This document shows positions 54,854-64,000 of a stretch of DNA of 64,000 nt, in pieces. The notes beneath the pieces are model-generated. The model worked only from the letters and a program-made list of their open reading frames with translations. It was not told where the DNA came from and ran no database searches. Source of the stretch: Octopus vulgaris (Eukaryota); assembly GCA_951406725.2 (NCBI GenBank), contig OX597823.1:29264001-29328000 (forward strand), written 5' to 3'. Each line of letters starts with the position of its first letter. Positions within the stretch are counted from its first letter, which is position 1. A program made the position numbers and the translations under genes.

Positions 54854-55215
54854 CAAACATGTATACATACATTCATAAATATATACACACACAAACACAC
54901 GTATACACGAAGAATATTTGTATACATATATGTATAATGTGGGAATTTCTGCGTGTATGTGTGTGCGGGGGGGTGTTCAGTAATTTGACTTCGGCCATAC
55001 TGGAGCATCACCTTTAGTCGAGCAAATCAACCCTGGACTTATCCTTTGTAAGCCTTTATATCTATTCTATCCTTTGTGTGCGTGGAGTGAATTGATGTTT
55101 TTATAACTATGAAAATCTGAGAACATTACTGGCAAACCACTCACTCCCATGTAATGTCAACTGCTACTATTAATTTTACTAGTGGCCAGCCATATGACTC
55201 GAACTCACATCCCTT

Positions 55216-55374
55216 GCTTACCAACTACATGATGCCGAGTTCAGTCCCACAACGTGACACCTTGGGGAAGTGTCTTCTACTATAGCCTCGGGCCGACCAG
55301 AGCCTTGTGAGAGGATTTGGTAGACGGAAACTGAAAGAAGCCCATCGTATTTGTATATATATATATATATATAC

Positions 55375-55405
<31 letters not shown>

Positions 55406-55630
55406 TGTATGTATGTATGCACGTATGTATATATATATATATTTGTGCTTGTCCCCCCAACATCGCTTCTGGTGTGTTTAAGTTCCCGTAACTTAGCACT
55501 TCGGCAAGAGAGAGAGACCGATAGAATAAGTATAAAGGCTTACAAAGGATAAGGCCAGGGGTCGATTTGCTCGACTAAAGGTGGTGCTCCAGTATGGTCA
55601 CAGTCAAATTACTGAAACAAATTAAAGAAT
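55216..55630 (+). mobile_element. CORE-like SINE (5' clipped)
   Basis: Same family as 60156. Confidence 0.8.
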
Positions 55631-55764
55631 AAATGAATTATCTCTATCTTTCAATAAATCTCAACGCTTCTAAAGCAAACAATGAAGTTGAATTTAACAT
55701 ACATACATACATACATACATACATACATACATACATACATACATACATACATACATACATACGG

Positions 55765-55925
55765 AGACTACGAAGCGGTGGCCAGCAGGAAGGTACACAG
55801 TAGGCGTTCTGACTTCAATCGCACAGGGAGAAACGCACGTTCCAGGTTTCGGAGTCGTCTAGAGGTCGTGGTGGAAGCTGAGGGCGGTTACGTTGAGGAA
55901 CGTGTTATCTCCCAGTCATAATCTA
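55765..55925 (+). mobile_element. Tc1/maT transposase C-terminal fragment
   Basis: SRFRSRLEVVVEAEGGYVE. Confidence 0.65.
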
Positions 55926-55952
55926 CTTCATGATGTATGTATATATGTATAC

Positions 55953-55999
<47 letters not shown>

Positions 56000-56260
56000 T
56001 GTGCATGTATGTATGTGTGTGTTTGTGTGTACTCTCTTTTTTACTCTTTTGCTTGTTTCAGTCATATGATCGCGGCCATGCTGGAGCACCGCCTTTTTGC
56101 CGAGCGAATCGACCTCGGGACTTAATCTTTGTAAGCCTAGTACTTATTCAATAGCTCTCTTTTGCGGAAGCGGTAAGTTACGGTGACGTAAACACACCAA
56201 CATCGGTTGTCAAGCGATGCTGGGGTGACACAGACACACAAACATATACACACACATACA

Positions 56261-56294
<34 letters not shown>

Positions 56295-56299
<5 letters not shown>

Positions 56300-56646
56300 A
56301 TAAATATTAGGGAATGAATCCAAAATTATAGGGAAAAATCAGATTTAGGGTTAAATCCAATTTTATAGTAAAATATTATATAATATAATTCGAGACAAAA
56401 CCACTATTTTAAAACCAAACAAGGAAAGACTTAATCAATACATAAAATTTTAATATAAATTAAATAAACCGCCACTACAAATGTTTCATGTCTGCTACCG
56501 ACAATCTTCAGGTGGATTTTCGATCTTCTAATCAGTATCAAATTTTAACATTTGTAGTGGCGGTTTATTTAATTTATATTAAAATTTTATGTATTGATTA
56601 AGTCTTTCCTTGTTTGGTTTTAAAATAGTGGTTTTGTCTCGAATTA

Positions 56647-56648
<2 letters not shown>
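56295..56648 (-). mobile_element. Second copy of the 1813-2242 PLE hairpin family, nested in a SINE's TA tract
   Basis: Tail 56295-56380, long arm to ~56546, short inverted arm 56547-56648; similar throughout to 1813-2242. Confidence 0.85.
56472..56515 (-). ncRNA. Minimal type-I hammerhead ribozyme
   Basis: Reverse complement: ccac-CTGAAGA-t-TGTC-ggtagca-GACA-t-GAAAC-ATTT-GTA-gtgg. Core and stems match 2022-2064; the differences are in the loops. Confidence 0.82.
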
Positions 56649-56698
<50 letters not shown>

Positions 56699-56866
56699 GA
56701 CGGGCTTCTATCAGTTTCCGTCTAGCAAATGCACTCACAAGGCTTTGGTCGGCCCGAGGCTATAGTAGAAGACACCTGCCCAATGTGCCACGCAGTGGGA
56801 CTGAACCTGGAACCATGTGGTTGGTAAGCAAGCTACCAAACAGCTACTCCTGCGTTTGTATGTGTG

Positions 56867-56934
<68 letters not shown>

Positions 56935-57058
56935 TACATACGCAGGAGTAGCTGTTTGGTAGTATATATATATACTTCATAATCTTTATAAACAGTATCA
57001 TTCTGCCTGCTATAATTAATCCATAAACGCATATAAAACATCCAGAAGTATATCTTTT

Positions 57059-57410
57059 TCCCTCTCAGATTTTATGTTCAGGTTATATAAATTTAATATT
57101 TACTTAATACTTACTGAGCATTATTTGAAACAGCTGTAAGGGACGATGCTTAATTTGCTGTTAATATTAAACAATTGTTAACATCCCAATCTCCGTTTTC
57201 TCTTTTTTCTTTGATGTATATATACATATATATATATACATATATAAAGGTACTTCCTCTTCTCTTCGTTTCTTTTATTTTACGCATTTCTATTCACTCT
57301 GATGAAACTCCATGTACTAGATCGAATGTCCTATGAAGATGCCAAATATTATTTTCTAAATTCTTTCATGAGCACTGCCTGGCATTGGAAGAGGAAACAG
57401 CCGTAAGAAA
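57059..57410 (+). ncRNA. Two tandem degenerate hammerhead motifs with long stem II
   Basis: First motif: tccct-ctcaga..ATGTTCAG/CTGAGCAT..GAAAC-AGCT-GTA-aggga (57059-57143). Second motif: CTGATGA(57299)...GAAAC-AGCC-GTA(57405). Confidence 0.45.
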
Positions 57411-57519
57411 CATTATGTCATGGTAATGTTATGTCACTTTTTGTGTTAAAAGATGATCTACAGATTGTCTGTCTTGATCAAAAGTTTTCTGCATTTTGTA
57501 ATTATTTAAATTATATACA

Positions 57520-57570
<51 letters not shown>

Positions 57571-58693
57571 GTATGTATGTATATATAGACATAAATATAT
57601 GTATGTATGCCATTTAAGCATGCGATAGCATACACTTGATTATATTGGTCGATTTAAAGCGTATTTAGATGTACTGAAAATATATAACTGGTGTTAAATG
57701 ACCCAATTTCTTCTTGCAACCGATTTTCAAGAGCATATTGGCTCGCTTGGTAGACGGAAATGTAGCTGTCACTTACCGAAATGTCTGAAAAATCATACTT
57801 TGTGGTGCCCCAATACAATTTTATAAACCTTACTGATCTTCTCATACTGAGTTGATCCATTTTGTACTATCAAAAATCGATGACACAAATAGCCAGAAAT
57901 ATTTCTATTCAAAGCAATCTTTTTTTACTACTTGCCTCGGGGGCAAGATGGAGGCATATATGCAGAGAGAAATAGAACTGCGGCGGTGTTCCCAATCTAC
58001 AGAGACCGCTAAAGACTCTCTTCTAGAATTACATCAGTTCTAAACAAGAAAACATTTATTTTTAGGAGTTCAAGTCGTGATTGTCCGGCTTGTCTTATCG
58101 AAAGCACACACACACTTTATTTCTGTCTCTGTGTGCCTGTCTTTCTCTCTCTCTCTCCCTCACACTCACATACACACACAACCATACACAGACACACACA
58201 CGTGCGTACTTATATGGGGTAGTGTGTATGTATATATATATATATATATACACACATATATATTTATATATACACATGTACCTATATACTACATATAAGC
58301 ATATATATTATATACACACAGATATATATATATATGTGTGTATGAAAGTGTGTGTTAATATTTTGTAGATATAACACTTTTGCAAATTAATCCTGCTTTC
58401 GCTCATTCATAGCTCTTCAGAAACCTTTTCCAATAAGCTATTAATTATTATAAGGGTATTTTTTCTAACTCTTGATGTCTGTAAAATACACCATTTGTTC
58501 TCTTTCGTTTCAGGAATTCGTCTATGTTAGCTAGTCTATGGCTGCCTCTCCTCTAGTTCTATCTTCTCACTGCAGTTTCATTCTCTCCCCCGTTCCCTGC
58601 TGTATTCACCAGACCCACTTGGGTCGCAAACGAAGTAAAATACCCAAAGCATCGAACCTTTGTAATTTTTACCTCCTTGTATCTGTCCTGGAT

Positions 58694-59300
58694 ATGTCAC
58701 ATTTCAATATTTCAGCCGACCATTATCGACAACTTCACTGATTTCGAAATAACGGCGAAAGCTACGGAATTAGTTTCTTTCTTTAGAGCAAAACAGAAAA
58801 AAATATATATGATTACATGTGGCGCCCTCTGGTTACAGCCGTTAATAAAAGGGAACTGCTTTAGCGCAACCAAACACTCACTGCGTAGTTCCACGTTCAG
58901 TAACTGCACCGAGTCAACGAAGCAACTCAACAGAAAAGACCGAATAGGCGAAATGGCGTTCTTCTGCAACACGACAACGGCCATCCTCACATCGCCAATA
59001 TGACCATGGGAAGTTCTGCCTTATCCTTTATACTCTCCAGACTTGGCGCCGTCAGATTTTCATCTCTTTCGACCGCTTTCGAACGACGTGGAATTGAGGG
59101 TTTGATTGGACGAATACTTTGAGTCAAGACTGGCAGATTTCTATCGCCGAGGCATCAAAAAACTTAATGAACGATGGGGAGGAAGTCGTAAACAACAACG
59201 GAGAGTATATTATTGATTAATCTGTTGTAGTGTTTTTTTATTTGTTTGTTTAAAATAAATTTGAAAAAAAGACGCTCATGAATTATTCCTCTACCCAACA
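58694..59300 (+). mobile_element. mariner transposase fragment, internally deleted
   Basis: LLQHDNGHPH, WEVLPYPLYSPDLAPSDFHLF, NNGEYIID*; TIR-like end followed by TA. Confidence 0.82.
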
Positions 59301-59605
59301 TACGTAGATACATTCAGTAGGGTATTAAAATAGCACTTGCTATAAACAGACCTATCGCTCTAAAACCTCAAATTACACACTGTTAAAATACACATGGCAA
59401 ATGCAACAAGCATAACAGAAATAGTCTTGCTTTGTATGAACAACAGAAGTAAGGAATGCGTATATTCCAGGATCAATTGATTTCGCTTTCTGTATGAAAA
59501 ACATATTTACACTCGTTAGCCAGACTTAACGCTACAACATCTATTTCTGAAATAGTCATCACATTACACCGTGTGCGTTCTTATATTTGATACCTATTTA
59601 ACTTT

Positions 59606-59655
<50 letters not shown>

Positions 59656-60155
59656 AACATAATAAATATATGTATATATATAAACATAAATAATATATAT
59701 ATATATATAAATAATATATATAAACATAATATATATACACACACACACACAAAATATAGGGGTTATGTTCACAGGTGATCTAAACGACCAGGTACGCTGC
59801 TTAAGTGTTGTAACAGATTGCCAGGGTTCCAAGGCTATAGCCGCGACGGGAGTTATGGAACCATTGTAGATTTCCGATATAGCGGATATATAATTATTAA
59901 AGAGGACAACAAACATAAAGTCAAAGCAAACATCTCAAGTCATAAACGTTATTATTATTGGAAAATTTTTCCAATAATTTAACGAATATATCAAAAATAG
60001 GCCTTACCTTACTCCTATTTCTAGCAAGTGGTATTCTGGTAACCTACTTTATTTATTTGTATTATTTTAATGTTATAGGTTGAACCTGCTGACCACTTTA
60101 TCATTATTGTTATTTTTATTAATGGTAATAATGTTTTATTAAATTTAATATTATA

Positions 60156-60322
60156 GGCGCAGGAGTGGCTGTGTGGTAAGAAGCTTGCTTACCAACCACA
60201 TGATTCCGGGTTCAGTTCCAGTGCGTGTCACCTTGGGCAAGTGTCTTCTACTATAGCCTCGGGCCGACCAAAGCCTTGTGAGAGGATTTGGTAGACGGAA
60301 ACTGAAAGAAGCCCATCGTATT

Positions 60323-60371
<49 letters not shown>

Positions 60372-60605
60372 GGGATTGTGTATGTGTGCGTGTATATGTA
60401 TGTGTGTCTGTGTTTGTCCCCACTACCGCTTAACCAATGTTGGTGTGTTTACATCTCCGTAACTTAGCGGTTGGGGGAAAGAGACCGATAGAATAAGTAC
60501 TAGGCTTACAAAGATTAAGTCCAGGATTTCGATTTGCTCGACTAAAGGTGGTGCTCCAGCATGGCCGCAGTCAAATGACTGAAACAAAAGAGGAAAGTAA
60601 AAGAA
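60156..60605 (+). mobile_element. tRNA-derived CORE-like SINE with internal TA/TG microsatellite (full length)
   Basis: GGCGCAGGAGTGGCTGTGTGGTAAG A-box, GGTTCAGTTCC B-box, CCTTGGGCAAGTGTCTT CORE-like motif, 3' GGTGCTCCAGCATGGCCGCAGTCAAATGACTGAAAC. Confidence 0.85.
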
Positions 60606-60690
60606 AGATATACATGCATGGTTGCAAACAGTTATATATATATATATATATAAATATATGTTTAAATGCACACTCACGCACACACTCACG

Positions 60691-60756
<66 letters not shown>

Positions 60757-61295
60757 ATATATATATATATATATATATACGAGCAAAACGCCCTCCCCCG
60801 TCAACCATTTAAACCAAATTTTCTCGAAACAACTTGTCCGACCGTCCCATAGGCCTCCCCTTTGACAAACGCTGATTTAACCTAAATTTGAGACACCAGC
60901 AAAAGAAGAAATAAAGATAGAATTTTTTTCTATTCCAAAGAAAAACACAAATATGCAACCGAAGAGTTTAAAGTACCTGTAATGATAAGGCTGTTGGCTG
61001 GGAGAACACAAACATGGTTTAAACAGTAAGCTTGGCAGGAAAGAAACGTGCCTTTAAGCAGTAAAAAAAATAACAAAAAGTGGAAGGTGCAGTTACGTAC
61101 TGGATGACGAAGAAAGCAGGACAAAAACGGCTTTATCGATCGCATTCTCACCTGGAATCGTTTTTTGTGATTTTTTTTCAAGACTTATACACACACTGAT
61201 ACCGTCGGTATCTACACATCAAATTTGAGCGCAATCGGATGGAGGATGCCCGAGATCCGAGAAGACACACAGACAGACAGAACGGATTTTATATA

Positions 61296-61331
<36 letters not shown>

Positions 61332-61494
61332 CTTCGCTTACACTATCATACGAACACATACATTCATACACATACGCACACACATTTAAAAAATTGTCTA
61401 CTTGCATGATTTAATAATATATTTTATCATAATCAGATGAAATTCCAAAAGAAATAATATAGATAACGTTCATTTCTTTTCAGGTAACTCTCTG

Positions 61495-63830
<2,336 letters not shown>

Positions 63831-64000
63831 AACAGTCGCTGCATCATAGAAACTAACATAAGTATAGCCATGCAAGCGTTTATAGACGCTTCAAACGCTC
63901 AACGGCATATATTTCAACCACTGAAACAACAAAAACGCACTATAAAAAGAAATATCTTGTGGTTTAATCCACCGTTTCACCTGGAGCCTTGCAACCATTG

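Larger units (their letters stand above)
56031..56855 (-). mobile_element. CORE-like SINE interrupted by a PLE hairpin
   Basis: Tail 56031-56250 and head 56697-56855, with the PLE insert in the internal TA tract. Confidence 0.8.

Overview
AT-rich, microsatellite-saturated metazoan DNA. The tRNA-derived SINE families and the repeat landscape point to an octopod cephalopod (inference). No intact host gene can be supported; only a few weak exon candidates are present. The window is a mosaic of: three SINE families; decayed LINEs (CR1-like, Tx1, R4/Dong, RTE-derived); decayed DNA transposons (mariner, maT/DD37D, pogo/Tigger, AcademX, Helentron-like); one U6 snRNA copy with a correctly spaced TATA box; and many small inserts inside (TA)n tracts. 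The main signal is in those TA-embedded inserts. At least 7 unrelated families carry minimal type-I hammerhead ribozyme (HHR) motifs, and most share one architecture: (TA)n / short arm / inverted long arm / 70-100 nt unpaired tail / (TA)n. The largest is a ~2.37 kb spacerless palindrome (13948-16319). Its centre encodes the C-terminal LNxRSE..CRH motif of a Penelope-like (Naiad-type) GIY-YIG retroelement, which ties the hairpin/HHR system to Penelope-like elements (PLEs). One four-copy family has a non-canonical core (CUGUNGA plus an extra A) and a loop-less ACGU stem III. All family assignments come from motif recognition by eye; no searches were run.
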